Assembly: GCA_038087875.1 (NCBI GenBank)
Contig: CM075977.1
Span: 50,344,001 to 50,408,000, forward strand
Length of the DNA stretch: 64,000 bases
Source: Malacoraja senta
Taxonomy: Eukaryota
Direction: 5' to 3'
The notes beneath the pieces are model-generated. The model worked only from the letters and a program-made list of their open reading frames with translations. It had not been told where the DNA came from and made no database searches. Numbering within the stretch: the stretch's first letter is position 1; every line of letters begins with the position of its first letter. Positions 13,933 to 25,960 of this stretch are shown piece by piece. The position numbers and the translations under genes were made by a program.

Positions 13933-15140
13933 TTCAAGTTCAAGTGAGTTTTTTGTCATGTGTCCCTGATAGGACAATGAAATTCTTGCTTTGCTTCAGC
14001 ACAACAGAACATAGTAGGCATTGACTACAAAACAGATCAGTGTGTCCATATACCATTATATAAATATATATACACATGAATAAATAAACTGATAAAGTGC
14101 AAATAACAGATAATGGGCTATTAATGTTCAATGTTTTGTCCGAGCCAAGTTTAATAGCCTGATGGCTGTGGGGAAGTAGCTATTCCTGAACCTGGTCGTT
14201 GCAGTCTTCAGGCTCCTGTACCTTCTACCTGAAGGTAGCAGGGAGATGAGTGTGTGGCCAGGATGGTGTGGGTCTTTGATGATACTGCCAGCCTTTTTGA
14301 GGCAGCGACTGCGATAGATCCCCTCGATGGAAGGAAGGTCAGAGCCGATGATGGACTGGGCAGTGTTTACTACTTTTTGTAGTCTTTTCCTCTCCAGGGC
14401 GCTCAAGTTGCCGAACCAAGCCACAATGCAACCAGCATGCTCTCTACTGTGCACCTGTAGAAGTTAGAGAGAGTCAGGGAAAAAATTAATATTAAAATTC
14501 TGGAAAGGCCCTACAACCCCCACAATTAAAATGTGGATTGTGGAAATGTCGGAGACCCTACATCTAGAAAGAATTAGACTCGTCTTAATGGACAAGCAAG
14601 AACTTTTTGTTAAAATATGGGCTCCATTCATTGCCTATTTGAAGGGATAGAGTGGCCCAGCGCGAAAGCCCGACTGAAGCTTGAACTCAGGATTAGATGT
14701 AATTATATTTCATAACATATGAACTTATCTCCTATGACGTATTATAAGTAATTAATTCCACCTTTTTTTCTTTTTTGATATTGAAATTCTTCTTTCTTTC
14801 TCTTCTTTCTCTCTATTTTTCTTTTTCTATCTATATAAAAAAAACACTAGAAGCAGAATTAACTGACAATTGACAAATTTAATAATGTATGAATGATTGA
14901 TGTATATGAAAAGTTTTTTCTTCTATTCTATTATAATATGTTACTCTACACTGTAATATGTTTGCTTCTAATAAAAAATTTATATCAGAGAAGTTAGAGA
15001 GAGTCCTCCTTGACAAAACGACTCTCCGTAATCTTCTCAGGAAGTAGAGGCGCTGATGTGCTTTCTTGATAATTGCATCAATGTTCTCGGACCAGGAAAA
15101 ATCTTCAGAGATGTGCACGCCCAGGAATTTGAAGCTCTTG
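13933..15140 (-). mobile_element. 5'-truncated Rex1/Babar LINE 3' fragment, interrupted by an L1 fragment
   Basis: Near-identical to 38126-38780. ORFs 14128-14454 and 14879-15118 match the RT C-terminus of that element. Confidence 0.9.
14476..14988 (+). mobile_element. L1-clade LINE 3' end nested in the Rex1 copy, 17-bp TSD
   Basis: 14477-14650 encodes GKKLILKFWKGPTTPTIKMWIVEMSETLHLERIRLVLMDKQELFVKIWAPFIAYLKG*, resembling fish L1 ORF2 C-termini. AT-rich 3' UTR with AATAAA. TSD AGAAGTTAGAGAGAGTC at 14459-14475 and 14989-15005. Confidence 0.8.
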
Positions 15141-16304
15141 ATTAACTGAATAACGCATAATATCAGGCCATTTGGCCCACCAAATCATCTGACCTATTGA
15201 TTGTCCTTTCACATTATGTTAACTGTTCAATGCTATCCCACTTTCGCATCCACTCTCTGCATAGAAACATAGAAAATAGGTACAGGAGGAGGCCATTTGG
15301 CCCTTTGAGCCAGCACCAACATTCAATGCGATCATGGCTGATCGTCCGCAATCAATACCCGTGCCTGCCTTCCCCCCATACTAGTTAACTGGCCTCTGCA
15401 TACTAGTGGCAATTTACAGAGGCCAGTTAACCTACACGCTAGCACGACTTTGGGATGTGGGAGATTGGAGGAAACGCATGTGATCACAGGGAGGACGTGC
15501 AAATACCACACGGACAGCACCCGAGACCAGGATCGAACCCTGGTCTCTGGTGCTGTGCGACAATGACTCTACCAGGCACTGATCTCGTCCCACTCAATGG
15601 GAGAAGCTACCTTAAAGGCAACCAACATCCCACATCACCCTGGTATTGTGCTCATCTCTACCATCAGGAAAAAGGTACAGGAGCCTGAAAACTCTAACCA
15701 CCAGGTTCAAGAACAGCTAACGTCAGCAGCTATTGCATTTTTGGTGGCCTGTTAAATTGCAGCAAAAATGCCATTGTTCCATTGTCGTTGCCTATGACAA
15801 TTAAACACTTCATCTTGGTTTCATGATCACTGATTGGATAAAATGTTGGTATGGTATTATCTTGATTATTTTAAGAAGTCTGGATTGAGAAGATGAGCCT
15901 AAATCGCACAGTGGAAATTCGAAAAATGAATTTATTTTTATTCTGGATTCACTAAAAGTGACCATAGCATTTTCAGCTAGTCAATTGAAACTCAGCTGGT
16001 TTACTTGTGTTCATTCAAGGACAGAAGCTTGCTGTTCTCGCCCTGTCTAATTTGTATGCAACTTTTGTCACAGGGTGTGCTTGACTCGTATATGACTCTA
16101 AATGTTTTAACAAGCCGCTCACTTAAAAATGGCCTTTCCCACAGTAAATTGGAATGAGAAATTAATGTGGAGGATTAAGGCCTTTTCAAAATATGTCAAG
16201 TCATGATTTGAAAATGCATAGCAAACTCTAATCTGTTTTCATTTGCCTAGATTACTAAAACTGTTTGAATAATTACAATTTTACTATATTTTCTAAAGAT
16301 GTAT

Positions 16305-16617
16305 TGTAGCGGCACCTAATGGTTAGGCCACTCCTCCTATGCGAACCCTCGGCAACCCTGGGAAAGAGTCACGAGATATATTGGGTGTGTCCCAGTATAT
16401 AAGTCCTGACCTTCCCTCTCTCTCGTTCTCTGGCTCTTGCTCCTCCTCTGACTTCATGAGAGTGTCCTGCCACCGCAGCAGGAGCACAACAGAGCCCACG
16501 AGGCAACAGCCTCTCAACAACTACAACTGTTATGTTAGAGTGTTAAACGTCCATGTATTGTCAACTTACAATGCCTAAATAAAGCATCCTGTTATTCATG
16601 ACGTTTGCACCTCTACA
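16305..16617 (+). mobile_element. Solo LTR (Gypsy-like)
   Basis: TGTAG...CTACA termini. 4-bp TSD GTAT at 16301-16304 and 16618-16621. TATATAA at 16396-16402 and AATAAA at 16578-16583. Confidence 0.82.
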
Positions 16618-16718
16618 GTATATTGATTTACAACTTGCAATTCATTGAACTACAATACCGGAGTGAAATATAAATGAAAGGTGCCAGTTTGAATGATTAA
16701 AGCATTATTAATTAATTA

Positions 16719-17380
16719 ATGCATGCAGGTACAGCAGGCAGTGAAGAAAGCGAATGGCATGTTGGCCTTTATAACAAGACGAATCGAATATAGGAGCAAA
16801 CTTCTGCAGTTGTACAGAGCCCTAGTGAGACCACACCTGGAGTATTGTGTGCAGTTTTGGTCCCCTAATTTGAGGAAGGACATTCTTGCTATTGAGGGAG
16901 TGCAGCGTAGGTTTACAAGGTTAATTCCCGGGATGGCGGGACTGTCATATGCTGGAATGGAGCAGCTGGGCTTGTACACTCTGGAGTTTAGAAGGATGAG
17001 AGGGCATCTCATTAAAACATATAAGATTGTTAAGGGCTTGGACACGCTAGAGGCAGGAAACATGTTCCCGATGTTGGGGGAGTCCAGAACAAGGGGCCAC
17101 AGTTTAAGAATAAGGAGTTAGCCATTTAGAACGGAGACGAGGAAACACTTTTTCTCACAGAGAGTGGTGAGTCTGTGGAATTCTCTGCCTCAGAGGGTGG
17201 TGGAGGCAAGGTCGCTGGATGCTTTCAAGAAAGAGCTAGATAGGGCTCTTAAAAATAGCGAGTCAGGAGATATGGGGAGAAGGCAGGAATGGGGTACTGA
17301 TTGGGGATGATCACATTGAATGGCGGTGCTGGCTCGAAGGGCCAAATGGCCTACTCCTGCGTCTATTGTCTATTGTCTAT
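16719..17380 (+). mobile_element. CR1-clade LINE 3' fragment
   Basis: ORF 16723-17121 (LYRALVRPHLEYCVQFWSP...IEGVQRRFTRLIPGM...TRGHSLRI) is the CR1 RT C-terminus. (TATTGTC)n tail. Confidence 0.92.
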
Positions 17381-18595
17381 AATTGCAGTTTTGGTTGCAC
17401 TGTTAGTCAGGATTCTAAATTTAAATTTTCTTCCATTTTCATGTAACAATTTCAGTCCAAAGTAATTCAAAATGTACAGTGCTCACTCGCAATTGGTTTA
17501 GATTACACACACTTGTAATGTAAGCCAATGAAAGTACATTTTTAAGACTTTTAGGAGCTGTCGGATGTAGATAATAAATATAGTTCTGAATGCATGCTAC
17601 TGAAAATGTTAAAGAATCAGAAAAATATCTGCATTAAAATCTTTGCAGACCTTTTAATGTTTCAAATGTAATTTAAGAAAAATCATAATTTAATCAAATT
17701 TCTGTAAAAAGCTGAGACACTTGCAAGTGAGAAATGGTGGGCAACAATTGGTTTAGATTACAGATATTTGTAATGTGAACCAATTAAAGTACATTTTTAA
17801 GACTTGGTTAATTGCTGTTAACATGCATATTATTCTATCTAATGTGTTCCCAATATTCTTTTGGGAGGAATGTTGCATTTTGCTTCCAGGGTGCACATTC
17901 AATGTGCCTCTGCTTCCAGCCCTGCCTACTGGTGGTGATTAAAGGTTGAATTATACTTTTCACTGGTATTTTTCTGAAATGTTACAAAAATGAAGTCATG
18001 ATTTGTGCCTTTAATCGCAGTTTACAAATAGAGTATTGAATGTCAGATCAATACATTGATGCTCCTAATTGAAGTTACCCTTGGTGGTGCTAACATGTCT
18101 CTTGGCTGGATGCAAAAGATGTAAAGCAGGAGTGTCTCATGGCAATAATTCCATGCACAATCAAACTAGGCTTATGCATCATTTTGGCAAGAAGGTGAAC
18201 TACACTGCTCCATGGTTGATTGACTTCATAGTTTTTGGTGCTAAATTTGAGTAGGGAAATATATTAACATCTGGCAATCCCGTGTAATTATTCAGTTGGA
18301 TTTTGCATCTAACCACATCAGTAAAGTTGAAATAATATAAATTGATTAAAGTACTTCTACTTTGTATTTAATGCTGAATTTTAAAACTCTGCTGCATTAT
18401 GTTACTGGGATGTAGAAAATTGGAAAAAAAGGTGCAGGAGTAGGCCATCTAGCCCTTCGAGCCAGTACCGCCATTCAATATGGTCATGGCTGATCATCTA
18501 AAATCAGTACCCTATTCCTGCTTTTTCCCCATATCCCTTGATTCCTTTAGCCTTAAGAGCTAGATCTATCTCTCTCTTGAAAACGTCCAGTGAAT

Positions 18596-19187
18596 AAGCG
18601 AGTTCGGTATTCTGAAAAACGCAAGGAATCATGGGATTGGTTAAAGGTCACTCGTGATCAACATTCTCGGCAACTGCTGCTGCATGTATACAGACCTGCA
18701 TTTCATCCATAGTCAGGATCGAACCCGGGTCTCCGGTGCTGCAAGCACTGTTGAAGTGCTACTGGACCGTCCTCGTCCCCTCCTGTGTCCCATCCCTGTC
18801 CGGGGCTAACTCCAGCTCAACTCTGCCTGTCCCGCCAGGTTAACCGACTGCCCTGGACTGACGGGACACCGGGCCGGAGCAGTGAAGTTGGCATTTCTTC
18901 TCCGCACTGGCTGCAACCCTGGGCCGCCACTGCAACGGGCCAGTGTCCTGTTAGTCCAGGGTCACCCCGGACATATCCGGCCGCCCCCAGACAGGGGTGG
19001 GACACTCTGGAGGGGACGGGGACGGTTCAGTAGCAATTCAACAGCGCTTGCAGCGCCGGAGACCGTCTTCAATCCTGACTATGGTTGAAACACGTGTCTG
19101 TATTCATGCAGCAGCTCAGCTGCCGAGAATGTTTATCGCGAGTGACCTATGACCTGGGCATGCGCAGCCAGAATACCGAACTCGCTT
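18596..19187. mobile_element. Foldback-like palindromic MITE inserted in a CR1 3' fragment
   Basis: Perfect TIR AAGCGAGTTCGGTATTCTG. Inverted symmetry continues over about 18645-18810 versus 18980-19150. CR1 sequence resumes on both sides, with an apparent 2-bp AT duplication. Confidence 0.82.
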
Positions 19188-20222
19188 ATAGGCCTCCACA
19201 GCCTTCTGTGGCAGAGAATTCCACAGATTCACAACTCTCTGGGTGAAGAGGTTTTTCCTCATCTCAGTCCTAAATGACCTACCCCTTGTTCTTAAACTGT
19301 GACCACTGGTTCTGGCCTCACCCAACATCGGGAATATTTTTCCTACATCTAAGTTGTCCAATCCTTTAAGAATTTTATGTGCTTATATGATGCCCTCTCA
19401 TCCTTCTAAATTCCAGCGAATGCATGCCCAGTCGACACATTCTTTCATCATACGTCATATGTGGAATTCATCATATGTGGGATTCTTTCACATAAATCAG
19501 AAATTATATACTTTGCTCCAGGGAGGAAGTAAGCACAAACTAATTGCTTCATATATGAAGGATAATTGAAGGGCAGTCAACAAAGCTTTTACATGCAGAG
19601 ATGAGACCAATTGTTGTATCGAGAGCCTATGGTGAGTCATCCGGAAACCTCACACTATAGACAAATTCAGTAGTAAGTTCCAGATATTAACAATTTAGCT
19701 GGTGAAGCTTGGATTTGGTTTATGCACATCACGATATTATCAAACCTCTGATCTGCATATTTATAAAAGTTGTCATCTGCAAAAATAAAATATGATTAAT
19801 CACAGATTTTTATGATTAATGATTGGGATGGTTACATTAATATCACTCTGTATCCATTGGATGTTATAATGTATACAGAGGTTTGGTTTGTCCATAAACA
19901 ACACTCTACCTGCTGTTCGTTTGATTTGTTGACAGTAAAGGGTTTTGTTTTTAATTTTCTTCTCAAAAAGGGCCATTCATTGGTTAACTTGCCAAATCCA
20001 TCACCCACCGTCTCACTTTAGACGGTATTGACTTTATTTAACTGAAAAGTAGAGGATAACCACGCTTACTGAAAATAAAATCAGTTTAGAAACATTTTTA
20101 TGCATTACCAAATGTATAATACAAATAAAATGTGTATTCACAGCTTCAAAGTTAAGTACCACTGGTATATTTGTGTCTTTGTTTGCCTGGCTTATAATTT
20201 TGAAAATCAAAGCCTAATGTTT

Positions 20223-21031
20223 CAATAGACAATAGGTGCAGGTGTAGGCCATTCGGCCCTTCGAGCCAGCACCACCATTCAATGCAATAATGGCTGATCA
20301 TCCACAATCAGTACCCCGTTCCTGCCTTCTCCCCATATCCCCTGACTCCGCTAGAGCCCTATCAAGCTCTCTCTTGAAAGTATCCAGAGAACCGGCCTCG
20401 CTCTGAGGCAGAGAATTCCACAGACTCACAACTCTCTGTGAAAAAGTGTTTTCTCATCTCCATTCCATATGCCTTACCCCTTATTCTTAAACTGGCCCCT
20501 GGTTCTGGACTCCCCCAACATCGGGAACATGTTTCCTGCCTCTAGCGTGTCCAATCCCTTAATACTCTTGTGTTTCAATAAGATCCTCTCTCCTCCTTCC
20601 AAACTCCAGAGTATACAAGCCCAGCCGCTCCATTCTCTCAGCATATGACAGTCCTGCCATCCTGGGAATTAACCTTGTGAACCTATGCTGCCTTCCTGTT
20701 TTTGCTACCAAAGTGGATAACCTCACATTTATCCACATTAAACTGCATCTGCCATGCATCTGCCCACTCACCCAACCTGTCCACTTCACCCTGCATCCTC
20801 ATAGCATCCTCCTCACAGTTCACACTGCCACCCAGTTTTGTGTCATCTGCAAATTTGCTAATGTTACTTTGAATCCCTTCATCTAAATCAATGATGTATA
20901 TTGTAAATAGCTGCGGTCCCAGCACCGAGCCTTGCGGTACCCCACTTGTCACTGCCTGCCTTTCTGAAAGGGACCCGTTAATCCCTACTCTTTGTTTCGT
21001 GTTTGCCAACCAATTTTCTATCCATGTCAGC
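20223..21031 (-). mobile_element. CR1-clade LINE fragment with internal deletion
   Basis: ORF 20683-21069 (SGVPQGSVLGPQLFTIYI...SKFADDTKLGG) is joined directly to the 3' end sequence. Confidence 0.9.
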
Positions 21032-22084
21032 ACTTCATTTTCATTTGGTGCCTTCATCAAAAAGCTCAATGTCAGTTCTAAAACTTACTAATGAATCAGT
21101 AATTTTATAGCAGATAATGTTTGGTTAGTTTGCGTCACTGACTCTTTAAATCTGTTCAAGAACCTTGAACTTCAGGGCAAGGCTGAGAAAATGCATGAAT
21201 AATTTAGTAAACCTGTTCCCATCCCTGTACTTTGGCATTAGCATAATCTTTTAGCTTCAACAGAAGGTGTCAATATAATTATAAAATATTACATCAATCG
21301 TAAGTACCATCAGATTAACAGTTGAATATGTACATATGTTTAGTATGGATGCTAATTGAATATTAATATTTAAGTTTCTGAAACGTGAAAACATCAAGGA
21401 ACAAAAACAAAACATGGCTGCTGTTCTTGAGTTTGTGGACAAATGGGGCATCTTCAGTTGGTTGACTAAAGGCCCTGCATGTTGGTGGTTCTGTGGTTGC
21501 TAAGGAAACACTTGTTTTAGTGTGTTGTTTCCTATAGTGCAAATGAAGCGGAAACAGCTGTTGTTTAAGCTTTTAGTATGTTCAGATCTGCTTGCAAAGG
21601 AAACACAAATAATATAGTTAAAAATCATTTGATGGGTCTATCTCACAGACAGAAACCTTGTGTATTTCATTAGATTAAGTGTGAACTGGGAAGAACATCC
21701 AACCAGTACAAGTTTACATAGCTTTCATATCTGTTTCCCTTGTCCGTTTTATTAATTAGCTCCTTGTTTGAATGTTGTGGTGTTTTGGGTTCCATTTCTA
21801 TTTTCTAGACAATTTGGTAATTTGTCCAGGTGAATCTTAAAGTATCCTCTAGATTTGTCTGCCTAAACAAATTGCCGTAGATGAGTCTGAAATTAGTGTG
21901 ATACAAACCTTCAGATAATTTAACTTGCACCATTGCGATATCTTAAACATGAATATATGATCAGGAATGGAAAATTTAAATTGTTTAAATGGAAAATATT
22001 GGCATTACACAATGATCCAGTCATAATAAAAATCTTAGAACTAAACTCAATCTTCATTATAGTTGTGCAGGACATTGATGATGC

Positions 22085-22570
22085 TGCACTTAGTATTGTG
22101 TTCAGTTTTGGTCACCCTTTTTGAAGAATGTTGTGAAGCTCGAAAGAGTGCATTGATGATTTCCAAGAATATTGCCCAACGTGAGGCTATAGGGAGAGGT
22201 TGGGAAAGCTCAGACTTTATTTCTTGGGTCACAGGAAGCTGAGGGGTAATCTTATAGACATGTATAAGATCATGAGGGGAATAGATAGGGTGAATCCAGA
22301 GTAGGGGAATCAAGAACTGGAGGACTTGGGTTTAAGGTGAGAGGGGAAAGATTTAAAAGGAACATTTTAAAAGGCTGGTGGGTAAATGGAATGAGGAGCC
22401 AGATGAGGTTGTTGAGGTAGGTACTATAAACACATTTAAAATGTATTTGGACAGGCACATGGATAGAAAAGGTTTAGAGGGATATGGACAAAACACAGGC
22501 AAGTGGGACAAGAGGCATCTTGGTGGGCCTTGGGCCAAAGGGCTTCTTGTTTCTGTACTGTGTGACTGAT
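22085..22570 (+). mobile_element. Older CR1-clade LINE 3' fragment
   Basis: Degenerate RT C-terminus (WNEEPDEVVEVGTINTFKMYLDRHM) and CR1-type 3' UTR. Confidence 0.75.
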
Positions 22571-22767
22571 TTGCACGCTACACAAGTGTGTTTTAAAAAG
22601 GTATAATAAGACTAAGTTTTAACAAATTGTGAAATGAATATTAGCTTATCTCTGCTTCTGTGTGCAACATTGATGATCACTTGAATATGACTAGACTTGG
22701 CAGACAAAGACAGCAGTACAAAGAGCACAACAATATTCAGAACTCCTGAACAAATGATACTTTAGAG

Positions 22768-23140
22768 CAGGGGTCGGCAACCTTGTTCTGCATAGGAGCC
22801 GGGACGCATGTCTGTGAGCAGATGGCAGGCCACATCTATCACGTGTACACATGGATCCCGCCCCGGATGGCAGGCATCAAATCGCCTTGTCTACCTTCAA
22901 TTTTTCCAGCATCTGCAGTTCTTTCTTAAATGTGTTCACAGAAGGTGCGCGGCCATGCCAGCGGCTTTGCGCAGGATGCAGTACAGCCAGAGCTCGGCCG
23001 CGCTCGGGGAGGCGCACAGGGGGACGCTCGTCTGTGCTTGGGGTGGGGGGGGGCAGCGCTCGGCGGGCCGGATGATTACGGGGGGAAAAATCCGCCTGCG
23101 GGCCATATTCGGCCCGGGAGCCGTAGGTTGCCGACCCCAG
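22768..23140. mobile_element. hAT (Charlie-like) MITE
   Basis: TIR C(A/T)GGGGTCGGCAACC. 8-bp TSD CTTTAGAG at 22760-22767 and 23141-23148. Confidence 0.88.
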
Positions 23141-23679
23141 CTTTAGAGGTTCAGAATGGTGGCTTAACTGCCAAGTTTGTGCATTTCATAGAACATATTT
23201 CACTGTAACCTTCAGTTGTAAAGACCTTGATATTAAAAATGAATCCAGATTAAGTATTGATCTCTGCTTTTAGCCACATTCAAACTTGACCTTAAATTTT
23301 AAGTATGTACATAATCTGGTAAGTATTCAGGGGGTGCTGCTTTGACAGAGGTACCTTGACAGAAGACATTGTGCAATGATCACTTTTTTAATAATCAAAT
23401 TGTGTGCTGTATTCTACAATTGACCTTCCCTCTTTTACTGCATGCCCATACTAATTGGCCTCTGTGCTCCCTAATCCTCTTCTGAGTAGACTAATTGCAA
23501 AGCAGCGGAAATAAAAAAATAATTCACTATAATTAAGAAAGAAATGGATGTACACCACAGGAATGCCAAAAATAATTATCTCTTAACTATTTTAGTACAA
23601 AATCGATGTTGGTTTATTGTGAAGCGAACCGAGATACAGTGAAAACGTTTCATGTACTATGTGTCTTTGAAACGTCTCC

Positions 23680-24537
23680 AGGTTTGCGGATGACACAAAG
23701 CTGGGTGGCAGTGTGAGTTGCGATGAGGATGCCATGAGGCTGCAGATTGACTTGGATAAGTTGGATGAGTGGGCAGATGCATGGCAGGCAGTATAATGTG
23801 GATAAATGTGATGTTATTATCTAAATGGTGTCGGATAAGGAAAAGGGGAGGTGCAATGAGATCTGGGTGTGCTTGTACATCAGTCACCGAAAGTAAGCAT
23901 GCAGGTACAGCAGGCAGTGAAGAAAGCTAATGGCATGTTGGCCTTCATTGTGAGAGGATTTGAGTTTAGGAGCAAGGAAGTCCTACTGCAGTTGGACAGG
24001 GCCCTGGTGAGAATGCACCTGGAGTATTGTGTGCAATTTTGCTCTCCTAATTTGAGGAAGGACATTATTGCTATTGAGGGAGTGCAGCGTAGGTTCACGA
24101 GGTTAATTCCAGGGATGGCAGGAATGACATATGATGAAAGAATGGGTCGACTGGGCTTGTATTCACTGGAATTTAGAAGGATGAGAGGGAATCTCACAGA
24201 AATAGATAAAATTCTTAAAGGATTGGACAGCCGATGTTGGGTGAGTCCAGAACCAGGGCTCACAGTTTAAGAAGGGGTAGGCCATATTGGACTGAGACAA
24301 GGAAAAACTTCTTCACCCAGAGAGTTGTGAATCTTTGGAATTCTCTGCCACAGAAGGCAGTGGAGGCCTATTCATTGGGTGTTTTCGAGAGTTAGATTTA
24401 TCTCTTGGGGCTAAATAAATCAAGGGATATGGGGGGGAAAGCAGGAATGGTGTACTGATTTTAGATCGGCCATGATCATATTAAATGGCTTGAAGGCCTG
24501 AATGGTCTACTCTTGCACCTATTTTTCTATGTTTCTA
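23680..24537 (+). mobile_element. CR1-clade LINE 3' fragment
   Basis: FADDTKLGG motif plus ORF 23869-24270 (RT C-terminus) and the CR1 3' UTR. Confidence 0.9.
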
Positions 24538-24981
24538 TCCAGTCAAATCATACCATGCATGCATACAATCAAACTTCACAGAAGTATAATAGAGAAAAGG
24601 GAAGAATTACCTGAGTGCAGAATACGCTGTTACAGCATTGTTAGAACTACAGAGAATGTGCAGATTTTAAAAAAAAAAGGTGACATGGTGGGTTGGGAGA
24701 GCAGGACAACACCCTTAGCTTTAAGAGGTCCATTTTATAGGCTAATAACAGCAGGGAAGCTGATAAGTGAGAAGAGGGAATGACTGAGGTGTAAATGCGT
24801 CATATTTGTGGTTACATCTACAATTCTCTGAAATCACTTGTGATCTCTGCAATTCCTTAAAGTAAAGCTGTGGCGAAGCATCTCAGTAGGGCACTTTCCA
24901 CAGGACATCTGTACCATTCAGCACCATTGAATCTGAGACATGTACACCACACCATTTCCTGAAGTCGTAACTCCTTCATCT

Positions 24982-25960
24982 TAATAATAATAATAATAAT
25001 AATAAATTTTATTGATGGGCGCCTTTCAAAAATCTCAAGGACACCTTACAAAGTTTAACAAATAGTAGAAACATGTAAGCAGAATGAAACAAATAGTAAA
25101 GACAACACGAGTACACAAATTAAAGAGAGAATTCAATCCAAAAACAAAAATCAAAAACACAATATGGAAGAGAGAGCAGCGGCTGCTAAAGCGCGCCAGC
25201 GTCCACTCTCCCTTCCGGCAGCCATCTTGGACATAAAATAAAATATCATTAACACACAAAAATCATCCCCCCACAATGATTACCACTGTGGGGGAAGGCA
25301 CAATGTCCAGTCCCCAACCCCAGTTCACCCAAAGTCAGGCCTATTGAGGCCTCCACAGTTGCCTCTACGGAGGCCCGATGTTCCTGGCCGTTCTCACCGG
25401 GTGTTGTTGCCCCGGCGTCGGGAGAGTCCTCGCAGCGGCTGGGCCACCTGGAGCGGCAGGTTTCCTACCGGAGTCCATGGCACCTGAAGCCAACAAGGCC
25501 GCGCCGATTTGGAGCTCCGAGCTCCCGATGTTAGGGTTGGCGCCGCCGCTCCGCGGTCCCGCAGCCCGGAGGTGTTGAGCTCGGCGGTCCAGCTCACCGG
25601 AGCTCCAGCGCGTCGATCCAGCGCGGCAACCCAGGCAAGGTATCGCCCGCTCCACTCCGCGATAGCGCTCCAGCGCTGTGCCGCCACCGAAGCTGAAGGT
25701 GCTGGGCAGTCCCGGCAGGGCAGTCCCCGCCAGGAAACGCCACTCCACGCCGCTCCATGCCCGTTGGTAGGCCGCAAGGACGGGTCGACGGGGCAGCCCG
25801 GAGAAAAAGCTGCCTCACCGACCAGGTAGGGACCTAGAAATAGTTTCCCCATTACCCCCCCACATTAAAAGTCAAAATTCCCCATAGACAAAAACAAGAA
25901 AAAAACTAAAAACTAAGTTTTAAAAAAAAGTAAAAAAGTGAATTTAACGGGCGGCTTGTT
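24982..25960 (-). mobile_element. GC-rich non-autonomous retroelement with L2-type tail and (TTA)n
   Basis: Minus-strand 3' end GTAAGGTGTCCTTGAG...AAAGGCGCCC..AATAAA followed by (TTA)n. CpG-rich body with no credible protein. Confidence 0.65.

Noticed and set aside
25365-25852. Multiple overlapping 100-150 aa ORFs in GC-rich blocks (also 43595-44142, 11669-12153, 22808-23208)
   Set aside because: Lie within non-autonomous TEs; stop-poor because of GC content, with no domain similarity.
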